This document shows positions 18,456-27,281 of a stretch of DNA of 64,000 nt, piece by piece. The stretch is from positions 44,222-108,221 of the forward strand of contig JAVBMH010000014.1 in the NCBI GenBank assembly GCA_031552575.1, in the 5' to 3' direction. The number at the start of each line of letters is the position of its first letter. Position 1 is the stretch's first letter. The notes beneath the pieces were generated by a model, which was not told where the DNA came from, ran no database searches, and was given only the letters and a program-made list of their open reading frames with translations. A program made the position numbers and the translations under genes. The stretch comes from Apibacter sp. (GTDB lineage Bacteria > Bacteroidota > Bacteroidia > Flavobacteriales > Weeksellaceae).

Positions 18456-20570
18456 ATGCAGGGGTTTATTACATATCAAGAACTTTTATTTTATGGAGTT
18501 AGTGAAAGCTATTTGAAAAAAGCTTTAAACCAGTATCGACAAGGTAAAACCCGTTCATGGTTTCATGTAAAAGATACTCAGGATAAGCGAAAAGTATGGA
18601 TATACTTAGACAGCATCCCTAAAGGAACCAGGCATAAATACCATCTTCCCAGCTGGGAAGAATACCAAGCCCAAAAAGAGCAGAAAGAAATAAAACAGAA
18701 AAAAGAGGAACAGGAATTTGAAGAAACAAAAGATTTAAAAAACCTACTATATGCTTACCAGGAAAAGTGGCATGAGTATTATCCGCTATATTTAAGTCGT
18801 TTAGAATACAGCAAAAAGACATCTGACAAATACGCTATTCCCTATGCTAAAGAACATGCTTTTTGGTTGGCAATGGTAGATATTTCCGGCGGTAAATACT
18901 CTACTCCCTTTGGAACTATGTATCATTATTTTGAACTATACACCAAAATAACTGAAAGAGTACCATTTGTTTCAGTTATCAGCCACCGGGAACATTTCCG
19001 GGTAAAGTTAAAAGAAATCAAACAACATTTGGAGAAAGGATGCAGTATTGTGGATGTTATAGTAGATGGAAGTTTGAAACCCCGTCCTGAACAAATAAAA
19101 ACTACTGATTTTCATAAAGCTTTGATGTTTTCCTATCTTTCTCATCCTAAAGGATATTCCTATCGTATAGTAACCGATTTAGTAAATTATTCTTGTAATT
19201 TGGAAGGTTACCCTATCATTTCGGAAAGTGTAATAAAAAGCATAATGGTAACTGATAATGAGTTTAGGACGTTGGTAGATGCTTATAGGAAAGGCAAAAA
19301 ATCCCTGAACGATACTATTTTACCATATACTGTTCGCAATATTGCTAAATATCCACACAATACTTGGATGATAGACGGAACCCCGGTGCAATTCTGGTGT
19401 TACAATGAAAGTAAAACCAAAATAGTGCGACTAAACTTATTTATTGTCATAGACGTTTGCAGTCGTAAAATCGTAGGTTTTGATATATCTTATTCTGAAA
19501 ATCGTTACAACATTCTCAACGCATTGAAAATAGCTGTATTGAGTGAGGGGTACTTACCTAAAGAAATTGTAAGTGATAATTTTTCTGCTTCTAAAACCGA
19601 AGAAATCAGGCATTTACAAGATGAAATGTTTAAAATGGGAGTGGTTTGGAGATATTCCAAAGTAGAAAATCCGCAAGATAAAACCTATGCAGAACGGTTT
19701 TTTGGAACTTTCCAGAGTGTAGAACAATCTCTGTATGATGATTACTTAGGTGAAGGAATTACCTCGAAAAGAGGTAACCGTCCCAGCCCCGAATATCTAA
19801 GAGAAGTAACAGTAAAACAGGGAGTACCTTCCTACAAAGAAGCTCAAAGCCGAATTGCTACTATGATAGCTAAATACAATGAAAGGGAAATAGGCAACCG
19901 TAAAGCCCCAAATGAAGTATGTAAAAGGTTTCCAAAACCCAACGCTGTGGAAATGGATAATATAAATACCGCCCTTTTATTCTGGAAAAAAACCAGTTAT
20001 ACCATAAAAAGGGGAATGGTAAAAATTACAATTGACAAAATACAGTATTCTTATGAAATACAGTCTCATCAACTCAAATTGCAACTACAAAATAAAAAAG
20101 TATCAGTTCGGTATGATGAGAAAGATTTAGACTGGATTATGTTATTTGACTATGAAAGGGATGAGCCTATTTGTGAGTGTAGAAAGTCAATTCGTATCAA
20201 TATGTCTTTAGCCGACCAAACCGATGAAGATATAAAAAATATGCAGAAAGTAACTGCCAAAAAGAAAAGCTATAAAAATTATATAGAACACCAAAAACAG
20301 ATGATTATTGATAAAGGATTAGAGCAAATAGGTAAAGAAGATATGGACTTGATACATCCACTGGCTTTGGATAAAAATAAAGTCAATTCGGAAGAAAGTA
20401 AGCAATTGTTAGAAATGTATTACACACAAAACGCTATCAGTAAAGCAGAAGAGCAAAAAACCGAATACAAAACCATAGGAAAAATAAAGCATTCAAACCT
20501 CACAGATGCAAGAGAATTTTTACTGGAAAGTAAAAAGCCTGCTCGAACAGGCTCTTTAAAAACTGTGTGA
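18456..20570 (+). CDS. Mu-like DDE transposase (MuA-type, rve-fold catalytic core)
   Basis: 704 aa. N-terminal HTH-like region. DDE candidates: D in NTWMIDGTPVQF, D in EIVSDNFSAS, E in TYAERFFGTF (about 39 residues after the second D). Followed by the MuB-like ATPase. Confidence 0.85.
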   Translation: MQGFITYQELLFYGVSESYLKKALNQYRQGKTRSWFHVKDTQDKRKVWIYLDSIPKGTRHKYHLPSWEEYQAQKEQKEIKQKKEEQEFEETKDLKNLLYAYQEKWHEYYPLYLSRLEYSKKTSDKYAIPYAKEHAFWLAMVDISGGKYSTPFGTMYHYFELYTKITERVPFVSVISHREHFRVKLKEIKQHLEKGCSIVDVIVDGSLKPRPEQIKTTDFHKALMFSYLSHPKGYSYRIVTDLVNYSCNLEGYPIISESVIKSIMVTDNEFRTLVDAYRKGKKSLNDTILPYTVRNIAKYPHNTWMIDGTPVQFWCYNESKTKIVRLNLFIVIDVCSRKIVGFDISYSENRYNILNALKIAVLSEGYLPKEIVSDNFSASKTEEIRHLQDEMFKMGVVWRYSKVENPQDKTYAERFFGTFQSVEQSLYDDYLGEGITSKRGNRPSPEYLREVTVKQGVPSYKEAQSRIATMIAKYNEREIGNRKAPNEVCKRFPKPNAVEMDNINTALLFWKKTSYTIKRGMVKITIDKIQYSYEIQSHQLKLQLQNKKVSVRYDEKDLDWIMLFDYERDEPICECRKSIRINMSLADQTDEDIKNMQKVTAKKKSYKNYIEHQKQMIIDKGLEQIGKEDMDLIHPLALDKNKVNSEESKQLLEMYYTQNAISKAEEQKTEYKTIGKIKHSNLTDAREFLLESKKPARTGSLKTV

Positions 20571-20612
20571 ATGCTTCAAATTAAAACATACACCCAATAA
20601 CAAAACAAAAGT

Positions 20613-21440
20613 ATGAAAAAAGAACAATTACAGCAAAAAGTTAAAGAATTAGTAGTAAATCTTTTACAAAACAAAGAAATCAGCCAAAACAAATTGGCAG
20701 AAATGATCGGGATAAGCCCTGCAACCCTTACCAATCTTTTAAAAGAGCGTTGGGATAAATTCAATGAAAGTATGCTGTTAAAAATATACAGTTATTTTAC
20801 TACTGATACTTGGAACTTAGTGGAAACTTCCAATTTTGCCACTATTCAAGAACGATGTAACGAGGCAAGAAATGATAAGAGCCTGATAGCAGTTGTCGGT
20901 TATTCAGGTGCAGGAAAAACCGCTGCCTTGAATCATTATTACGAAAAGAATCCCAATACGTATAAGGTTATTTGTGCAAGAGCCATGAGAACCAAGCAAT
21001 TTTTAAGTGAAATATTAAAATCTTTGGGAATGAGCTATTTAGCTTCTGATTATGAAATGACTAAAACCATCATAGAAGAATTGAATAAAAAACAATCTCC
21101 TTTACTTATTATAGATGAAGCCAGTAAACTATCCGCTAATAGTCTTATGTACATTCAGGATATTTGGGACGGAATAGAAGCTAATGGCGGGCTTATTTTG
21201 GCAGGAGTGGACTATTTGCTTATTAATACCAAAAAACAAGCAGATAAGAACAAGGTAGGGATGCCGGAATTTTACAGTCGGGTATCCTTATGGCAGCATT
21301 TAGTATCTCCCAGCAATGCAGAAATAAGAAGTATATGCAAAGCTAATGGAATTGGTAATGAAAAATCCATACAGACTATGTATAGGCTTTCAAACTTTCG
21401 TGAAATACGAAATAGTATCAAAAATTTAAACTCCATTTGA
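20613..21440 (+). CDS. MuB/TniB-like AAA+ ATPase (transposition target-DNA activator)
   Basis: N-terminal HTH (ISQNKLAEMIGISPATLTNLL), Walker A VGYSGAGKTAAL, Walker B PLLIIDEASKL. Sits directly after the transposase. Confidence 0.8.
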   Translation: MKKEQLQQKVKELVVNLLQNKEISQNKLAEMIGISPATLTNLLKERWDKFNESMLLKIYSYFTTDTWNLVETSNFATIQERCNEARNDKSLIAVVGYSGAGKTAALNHYYEKNPNTYKVICARAMRTKQFLSEILKSLGMSYLASDYEMTKTIIEELNKKQSPLLIIDEASKLSANSLMYIQDIWDGIEANGGLILAGVDYLLINTKKQADKNKVGMPEFYSRVSLWQHLVSPSNAEIRSICKANGIGNEKSIQTMYRLSNFREIRNSIKNLNSI

Positions 21441-21465
21441 ATAGTATTTAAAACCTTTATAAATC

Positions 21466-21744
21466 ATGAGTGCCTACATTAATCCTCAAAATAATAATTT
21501 AGTATTTGAACTGAATTGCACAAATTATAAACCTTCTGAGAGATACTTGGAGTTGCTGAAAAGCATTATTTCCTTGTTAAAACATCAGCATTCAGAATTT
21601 TTAAATACTGAAGATAATTATGCGTTGCTAAACTTCATAGAAGATATACTGCCGGATGAAAAGCAAGCACAGGCTATGTTTAAAAATTCTGATGAGGCTG
21701 CAACACAAGCCCCACAGTTTATGGATAAAATTGAATTAAGTTAA
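21466..21744 (+). CDS. Hypothetical prophage early protein
   Basis: 92-aa ORF, co-oriented and tightly packed. No recognisable motif. Confidence 0.45.
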   Translation: MSAYINPQNNNLVFELNCTNYKPSERYLELLKSIISLLKHQHSEFLNTEDNYALLNFIEDILPDEKQAQAMFKNSDEAATQAPQFMDKIELS

Positions 21745-21752
21745 TAAAAAAT

Positions 21753-22019
21753 ATGAAGACATTAAATAGTGAACAATTACTGGATGTATTAACTTATGAT
21801 TCTGAATATTATAAGATACTCACATTGGAAGAAAGATGTTTAGTACATAAAGAAAGAGCCAGGCAGGAACATAAATATCCGCCTAAAAACTTTCAGGACG
21901 ACCGTTTACAAGAATTACTGATAAAAACCTATGTAGGTCTGGAAAAGAAAAAGTGGAAACGCCCCAAATTCATTTTTTATAAAGATGAAATCGGAAATGT
22001 AACAAAAATTAAAGTATGA
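21753..22019 (+). CDS. Hypothetical prophage early protein
   Basis: 88-aa ORF, co-oriented. No recognisable motif. Confidence 0.45.
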   Translation: MKTLNSEQLLDVLTYDSEYYKILTLEERCLVHKERARQEHKYPPKNFQDDRLQELLIKTYVGLEKKKWKRPKFIFYKDEIGNVTKIKV

Positions 22020-22057
22020 AAACAAGATAAATTTATTAAATTACTAAAATACAAGCT

Positions 22058-22621
22058 ATGATACCCATAACTCAACCTCAATTAAAGATGATTCATACCT
22101 TGCTTGGAAAGCAGGGATTAACAAAGGATAAGCCAAACCTTATTTACGGTTTTAGCAATGGAAGAACCGAAAGCAGTAAGGAGCTTTACATAAATGAAGC
22201 AAGAGACCTCATCCAATACTTAAAAGACCAAGACGAAAGTCCAACCTTTATAAAGCGAATATGGCATTTGGCTTACCTTGCAGGGATTATCTATGGAAAT
22301 ACACCCGAAGACAAAGCAATAAATGCTGCCAAACTCAATTTATTTGTGAAGCAAAGGGGAACTGTTAAAAAATCCATACATGAACAATCTACCACAGAAC
22401 TTAAAAGGACAGTAAGGCAGTTTGAGGCTATTGTGAAAAGGACTGATGAAAAGAAATATTTACAGGAATACGTTAAAATAGTAGAAAAAGAAATTCAGGA
22501 ATCAATAGAAGTAGAAAATTACGAAGCCGCTGCTCATAACCGGGATTGTATTGTATACGCTAAAAAGAACCCAAAACAAACAGCAAAGTATATGAAGCAA
22601 CTGGAGAATAAAAAAAGTTGA
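22058..22621 (+). CDS. GemA/Mu gp16-like protein (DUF1018-like) with C-terminal UVR-like helix
   Basis: The N-terminus TQPQLKMIHTLLGKQGLTKDK...SSKELYINEARDLIQYLK follows the DUF1018/GemA pattern. The C-terminal ENYEAAAHNRDCI resembles a UVR motif. Confidence 0.5.
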   Translation: MIPITQPQLKMIHTLLGKQGLTKDKPNLIYGFSNGRTESSKELYINEARDLIQYLKDQDESPTFIKRIWHLAYLAGIIYGNTPEDKAINAAKLNLFVKQRGTVKKSIHEQSTTELKRTVRQFEAIVKRTDEKKYLQEYVKIVEKEIQESIEVENYEAAAHNRDCIVYAKKNPKQTAKYMKQLENKKS

Positions 22622-22648
22622 TTTTTTTCCATTTTCATTTAAGTTAGC

Positions 22649-22682
22649 AAACCCCTTAGCTAAATTACAGGCTAAGGGGTTT
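22649..22682. terminator. Bidirectional intrinsic terminator between convergent genes
   Basis: 12-bp stem AAACCCCTTAGC / GCTAAGGGGTTT with a 10-nt loop; T-rich on the right, A/T-rich on the left. Confidence 0.65.
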
Positions 22683-23260
22683 TAATTTTTAGAATGTTTG
22701 TAAACATCGTTTATTACTGTAAATAATTCTTCCGTCAGAGTAGAAATAAAATAATCACATTTAATAGTATTTTCTAAAATATCTTTTTTTACTTCATCAA
22801 CAGATTTCACACCTTCCAGAAGTGCAATAGTATTATTATTCAAATCTTTTAAAGTAGTATCTACAAAGCCACGGACATCCCTTATAAGTTGGGCATATCC
22901 CTCGAAATCAACAGATAAATTCAATCCTATATGTTTAATTTGCTCTATAGCATCAATTCGTTTATTTATCTTAGTTATATAGAACATAAGCTTATCCAGA
23001 AAACCCTCATCGGATATACTTTCCAGATTAGGGCTATCCATTTTATCTTTTAACATATTCCCCTTTCCGGTTATAAGCCATTCTATATTTACATCCGCAT
23101 AATAACTTACTATTTTCTCCAATATATTACTACTAACACTACCATTACTTTGCCTTTGTTTAGCAAAATACCCATTACTTACTCCTAAAGATTTTGATAA
23201 TTTATAGATGCTATCGCCTTTAAATTCAGACAAGTTGTATATTCTTTCTATTATGCTCAT
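22682..23260 (-). CDS. XRE/cI-type HTH repressor-like protein (no S24 peptidase domain seen)
   Basis: N-terminal HTH with the Bacteroidota phage-repressor signature (SIYKLSKSLGVSNGYFAKQRQ ... NIEWLITGKGNML). The C-terminal 110 aa carry no Ser/Lys autopeptidase motifs. Confidence 0.7.
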   Translation of the reverse strand: MSIIERIYNLSEFKGDSIYKLSKSLGVSNGYFAKQRQSNGSVSSNILEKIVSYYADVNIEWLITGKGNMLKDKMDSPNLESISDEGFLDKLMFYITKINKRIDAIEQIKHIGLNLSVDFEGYAQLIRDVRGFVDTTLKDLNNNTIALLEGVKSVDEVKKDILENTIKCDYFISTLTEELFTVINDVYKHSKN

Positions 23261-23296
23261 GGAGAACTTGATTTTGTTTATATTAGAAAATAGTAA

Positions 23297-23304
23297 TATA
23301 TTTG
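23297..23304 (+). promoter_or_regulatory. Candidate -7 box (TATATTTG)
   Basis: TAnnTTTG match 35 nt upstream of the ATG at 23339. Confidence 0.3.
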
Positions 23305-23338
23305 TATTTTATTTGTACTATATTTTACGCTAAGAATT

Positions 23339-23548
23339 ATGAAACAAATTAACAAAAAATTATTGGAACTCAATAAAGAGTTGGCACATGGAGCAAAAAA
23401 GGAGATAGCTATCCGCTCCGGAGTAAATCCACACACCGTTTACAGATTTTTTAAAGGCCATCCAGTAAGACCTTCTACCAGTTCACGTATTATACAGGCG
23501 GTAAAAGCCATAAAAAAAGAAGAAATAAAATTATTATCAACACTTTAA
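23339..23548 (+). CDS. Small HTH DNA-binding protein (second Ner-position paralog)
   Basis: NKELAHGAKKEIAIRSGVNPHTVYRFFKG aligns with RKELPHGAIQKIAKTVGVSSGTITQYFKG of 18188..18406. Confidence 0.6.
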   Translation: MKQINKKLLELNKELAHGAKKEIAIRSGVNPHTVYRFFKGHPVRPSTSSRIIQAVKAIKKEEIKLLSTL

Positions 23549-23583
23549 TACACAATATTTCAATTAATTAAAATTATAATAAT

Positions 23584-23835
23584 ATGCTAACAGACATTCA
23601 AATTAAAGAATTAAAAGCTAAATATGGTGAAGATTTAGAATTGATAACCATAGATACAGAGAATGGAAAAACGGTTGAATATGTTATCCGTACCCCTACA
23701 CGTAGTGTAATAGAAGCGATTTCTGAAAATGAAGAAAAGAATAACGGAAACAGGGAATCGGCGAAAATACTTATTGCAAACTGTGTTGTATTTGGAGATA
23801 CTGAATTTATAGACAAAATGGTAAAATATATATGA
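23584..23835 (+). CDS. Tail assembly chaperone (G-like), N-terminal part; reading frame broken near 23805-23835
   Basis: 83-aa ORF directly upstream of the tape measure gene. The frame that carries the slippery site (open 23805..23897, ...LLNAIRIKIRNYKFEVKKL*) is -1 relative to this ORF. Confidence 0.55.
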   Translation: MLTDIQIKELKAKYGEDLELITIDTENGKTVEYVIRTPTRSVIEAISENEEKNNGNRESAKILIANCVVFGDTEFIDKMVKYI

Positions 23836-23884
23836 CGTTATTAAACGCCATTCGTATAAAAATCCGAAATTATAAATTTGAAGT

Positions 23885-23928
23885 AAAAAAGCTTTAGACT
23901 GTTATCATCTTCCCGTAGATGATGACAG
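23885..23928 (+). promoter_or_regulatory. -1 programmed ribosomal frameshift signal: slippery heptamer A_AAA_AAG, 7-nt spacer, 12-bp stem-loop
   Basis: In the frame ending at TAG 23895-23897 the codons AAA (23886-88) and AAG (23889-91) give A_AAA_AAG at 23885-23891. Stem CTGTTATCATCT (23899-23910) pairs with AGATGATGACAG (23917-23928), with one G-U pair and loop TCCCGT. Confidence 0.65.
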
Positions 23929-24151
23929 TGAGGCCTTTGCCTTTAGAAAGTGGAACGCCCTGCTCCGGTTAAAATACGGGATTCAAGACCCGGACAGCCT
24001 GCCATTGGATAAGTGGGCGCAATTAGTGGAAGAATACCGCTATATCTACGAATTAGACCGGAAAACAGAAGAAAACAACCGCCTGATGCTGGAGTATAAC
24101 ATCAAAAAAACCTTGTACGAACTCGCAAACGCCCTATACGGGAAAAAATAA
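23885..24151 (+). CDS. Tail assembly chaperone T-extension (GT-like product reached only by -1 frameshift)
   Basis: Start-codon-less open frame 23882..24151 (about 89 codons), ending 2 nt before the tape measure ATG. This is the classical G/GT arrangement. Confidence 0.55.
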   Translation, partial: KKALDCYHLPVDDDSEAFAFRKWNALLRLKYGIQDPDSLPLDKWAQLVEEYRYIYELDRKTEENNRLMLEYNIKKTLYELANALYGKK

Positions 24152-24153
24152 CC

Positions 24154-26415
24154 ATGTCAGACAAAGAAACATCCTGGATACTCGCTTTAGTGGACAAAAT
24201 TACCAAGCCTATGAAAGACATCATAGCCACGGTAACGGAATCCACTAAAGTAATAGATAAAAACACCAACCGGGTTATCCTGAGCGAGGAACAGACCAAA
24301 ACCGCCTTGGCTAATACCAAGAAGTATTACAAGGATGTACAAACCCAGATAAAAGAGAACGAAAAGGAACTCGCAAAACTTCAGAAGGAATTTGACAAAA
24401 CCGCACCCGGGCAGGCAAAACAAAACGCCTTTTTTCCTTTGGAAAAATCCAAAAAACAACTTCAGGAACTGCGAAAGGAGCTCAAAGAAGCCGGAGAAGA
24501 CATTAAAGATTTAGAAGGGGATTTAACCAACTACAAAAAGAAAGCCCAGACCTGGGAGGGAATGATGACCGGAGCCAATCAGACTATGGAAGTTATTGAG
24601 AAAGTTTCCCGGATGTTCGATTTTGCCCAGCCTATTCTAAATACCCGCACGGAAATAGAGCGGATGACACAGGCCGCCGGACAGGAACTGGACGAGCTGG
24701 TTAGCAAAACCCATAAAATAGGTACGGTATTCAATGAAAATGACGACGACATAGCCCGTGCCGCTAACTCCATGCAGAAAGTATGGGGCGGTTCCTACTC
24801 CGAAATGATAAACTTGTTAGAGCAGGGCTACGAAAAAGGGGCAAATATCAATAAAGAGCTGCTCAACTCTATGAAAGAATATCCGGTACAAATGAAAGAA
24901 GCCGGATTGAACGCCAGTGAAACTATGGCGCTCTTTGCCCAGGCAAACAAAGACGGGGTTTTCAACGACAAAGCCATTGATTCCATAAAGGAAGCCAATC
25001 TGGCGCTCAAAGAAATGAGGAAGGAAACCGTGGCAGCATTGAAAGGAATAGGAATTTCCGCCAAAGATTTACGGGGCAAAACTACTTTTGAGGCTATGAA
25101 GCTGATTTCTGAAAGAATGAAAACCGCTTCCACCGAAGACCGTCAGCAGGTTATGGCTCATGTATTCAAAGCAGCCGGGGAAGATGCCGGAATGCAGTTT
25201 GTCTTAGGGTTGTCATCCGTTGACCTTAACATCAACAATCTTCCCAATGTAAAACAGGCAGGAGCAGGAATTAAAGGTTTTCTGGCAGATATTCAGAGCT
25301 GGTTTGCCAATACTTTCGGGGGAATGGTTCCCTACCTTCAGGTATTCGGGCAGGCATCTTCCGGTATTTTAGGGGTTATTTCCTTATTTCAATCTTTATC
25401 AAAAATTACAGCACTTCAAACATTGAGAATTCAGGGAGCAGCAGCAGCACAAAGAATATGGAATGCAACAATGATAGCTAATCCAATAGGCGGTTTTATT
25501 GTGGGGGCTGCTGCTTTGGGAACGGCTGTTTATGGTATTACACAGAAAATTAATCAAAATTCTGATGCTTGGAAGCAACAACAGGCAATGATGGAATTAA
25601 ACGAGGAATTAGATAAAACCGCCATACAAAACACTGCTGAAAAAACAACTAAAATAAAATTGCTTACCGAAACCGCTGCTAATGAAAAGCTCTCATTAGA
25701 CCAGCGAAAAAATGCTTTAAAAGAACTAATTGAGATAGATAGCCGATACCGTGCTGCCTTACAGGATGGTATAATTAAAACAGATGAACTGCGTAAAACT
25801 ACGGCTCAACTTACAGAGGAGATATATAATAATGCTCTTGCAGAGGCTATGAGACCTAAACTTGTTGAAATAGCAAAACAAGAACTTGAAGCCAAATTTA
25901 CTTCTGAAAACTCAACTGCTGCCTATAATAACATGTCTTTTGTAGGAAAGGTTTTGGACGGGTTTAAAGCAATTACGGGAGATAGTGAGTATATAAAGGG
26001 AAAAGACGCAACAGACGAACTTGGAAAACTGAAAAGGCAAGGAAAAGAATTATCAAGACTGATTGCTATTGATGATGAAAAAAAATACTATCTGGATTTA
26101 ATTAATGGTAATAAAGGAAAAGATAAAGGTAAGCCTCAACCTTCTGACGACCAGAGTTATTCTAATCGACTATCAACTCCTGATTTCGATTTTTTAAATA
26201 AACCAGATAAAGGAAGAAAGGGAAAATCCGGAGGCAATAGGGAAAAAGACGGATTAAGTATCAGTGGAGGGCATGGAGGTTCTAAAACTATTACCCAAAA
26301 TCTTACGGTTTATAATTATTTTATTCGTGGGCAAGCAGGGGAAGACAGAACATTTGCTGATAAAATAATAACACGTATAAATGATGGCCTTAGGGATGGG
26401 CTGGCAACTATTTAA
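24154..26415 (+). CDS. Phage tail tape measure protein
   Basis: 753 aa. Long coiled-coil-like K/E-rich N-terminus, a TP901-type TMP core-like region (…VFKAAGEDAGMQFVLGLSS…), a central hydrophobic/Gly-Ala segment, and a position directly after the chaperone pair. Confidence 0.85.
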   Translation: MSDKETSWILALVDKITKPMKDIIATVTESTKVIDKNTNRVILSEEQTKTALANTKKYYKDVQTQIKENEKELAKLQKEFDKTAPGQAKQNAFFPLEKSKKQLQELRKELKEAGEDIKDLEGDLTNYKKKAQTWEGMMTGANQTMEVIEKVSRMFDFAQPILNTRTEIERMTQAAGQELDELVSKTHKIGTVFNENDDDIARAANSMQKVWGGSYSEMINLLEQGYEKGANINKELLNSMKEYPVQMKEAGLNASETMALFAQANKDGVFNDKAIDSIKEANLALKEMRKETVAALKGIGISAKDLRGKTTFEAMKLISERMKTASTEDRQQVMAHVFKAAGEDAGMQFVLGLSSVDLNINNLPNVKQAGAGIKGFLADIQSWFANTFGGMVPYLQVFGQASSGILGVISLFQSLSKITALQTLRIQGAAAAQRIWNATMIANPIGGFIVGAAALGTAVYGITQKINQNSDAWKQQQAMMELNEELDKTAIQNTAEKTTKIKLLTETAANEKLSLDQRKNALKELIEIDSRYRAALQDGIIKTDELRKTTAQLTEEIYNNALAEAMRPKLVEIAKQELEAKFTSENSTAAYNNMSFVGKVLDGFKAITGDSEYIKGKDATDELGKLKRQGKELSRLIAIDDEKKYYLDLINGNKGKDKGKPQPSDDQSYSNRLSTPDFDFLNKPDKGRKGKSGGNREKDGLSISGGHGGSKTITQNLTVYNYFIRGQAGEDRTFADKIITRINDGLRDGLATI

Positions 26416-26434
26416 AACTTAACAAAAAACTATA

Positions 26435-27268
26435 ATGAACGAATTAACAATTTATGGAAGGATAGGATATGAGGTAAAAGACACCGAATTTATCCAGCTT
26501 CTAAAACAATGTACTGGAGATATACGAATTAATATCAATTCAAAGGGAGGTAGTGTATTCGAAGGTTATGCGATATATAACGCAATTAAAGAGTATAAAG
26601 GACAAGTATTTGCACATATAGACGGTCTCGCTGCTTCTATGGCATCGCTTCTATGTTTGGCTGCTAATAAAGTAATTATGGCAGAAAATGCTTTATATAT
26701 GGTACATAACCCAAGCTTAGAAACCTACGGGGATAGTAATACATTGAAAAAAAATGCTGAAATGTTGGATAAAATAAAAAATATAATGATAGATACCTAT
26801 CATCATAAAACTAAAATAACCAAAGAAGAACTTTCTAAAATGTTAGATAATGAAACTTGGCTTTCAGCAACAGAAGCATTAAAAATGGGATTTATAGATG
26901 AAATAAAGGGAAATGTTTTACAAGCGGTTTCTCCTAATGAAGTATATGCTTATGCTTCTGCTGAACCCTCACGTACCTCATGGACTTTGGGAGATTGGCT
27001 TGATAAAGACCCCAATGGATTGAATGAACTGGCAGAAAAGAATCCTGTTGTATTCAAACAACTCAACGAAAGTTATTACGGAAGTCCAATAGACAAAGAA
27101 CATAATGCAAATTCAATAGCAAATACTTTACAAATAGATACTTCCCGTACTGCATGGACTTTAGGAGATTGGCTTGATAAAGACCCCAATGGATTGAATG
27201 AACTGGCAGAAAAGAATCCTGTTGCATTCAAACAGCTTAATGATGAGCATTATATAAATATCAAGTAA
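26435..27268 (+). CDS. ClpP-like (S14) prohead serine protease with duplicated C-terminal repeat
   Basis: NSKGGSVFEGYAIYNAIKEY, active-site Ser context DGLAASMASLL, His context LYMVHNP. The C-terminus carries two near-identical copies of WTLGDWLDKDPNGLNELAEKNPV(V/A)FKQLN. Confidence 0.8.
   Translation: MNELTIYGRIGYEVKDTEFIQLLKQCTGDIRININSKGGSVFEGYAIYNAIKEYKGQVFAHIDGLAASMASLLCLAANKVIMAENALYMVHNPSLETYGDSNTLKKNAEMLDKIKNIMIDTYHHKTKITKEELSKMLDNETWLSATEALKMGFIDEIKGNVLQAVSPNEVYAYASAEPSRTSWTLGDWLDKDPNGLNELAEKNPVVFKQLNESYYGSPIDKEHNANSIANTLQIDTSRTAWTLGDWLDKDPNGLNELAEKNPVAFKQLNDEHYINIK
26967..27070 (+). repeat. Intragenic direct repeat, copy 1 (104 bp)
   Basis: About 10 mismatches to 27141..27244, with a central run of over 60 identical bases. 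The 174-bp offset equals 58 codons, so frame is preserved. Confidence 0.9.
27141..27244 (+). repeat. Intragenic direct repeat, copy 2 (104 bp)
   Basis: See copy 1. Confidence 0.9.
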
Positions 27269-27281
27269 AAAATATATATTC

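Noticed and set aside
20576-20764. 62-aa minus-strand ORF across the transposase / ATPase junction.
   Set aside because: It is antisense to the start of the well-supported MuB-like gene, with no supporting signals.
23815-23827. AAAATGGTAAAAT as an inverted (right-end) copy of the GGGTTACCATTTT left-end motif.
   Set aside because: Only 10 of 13 positions match, it lies inside the chaperone coding region, it is a single copy, and it lacks the GGTTACC core.
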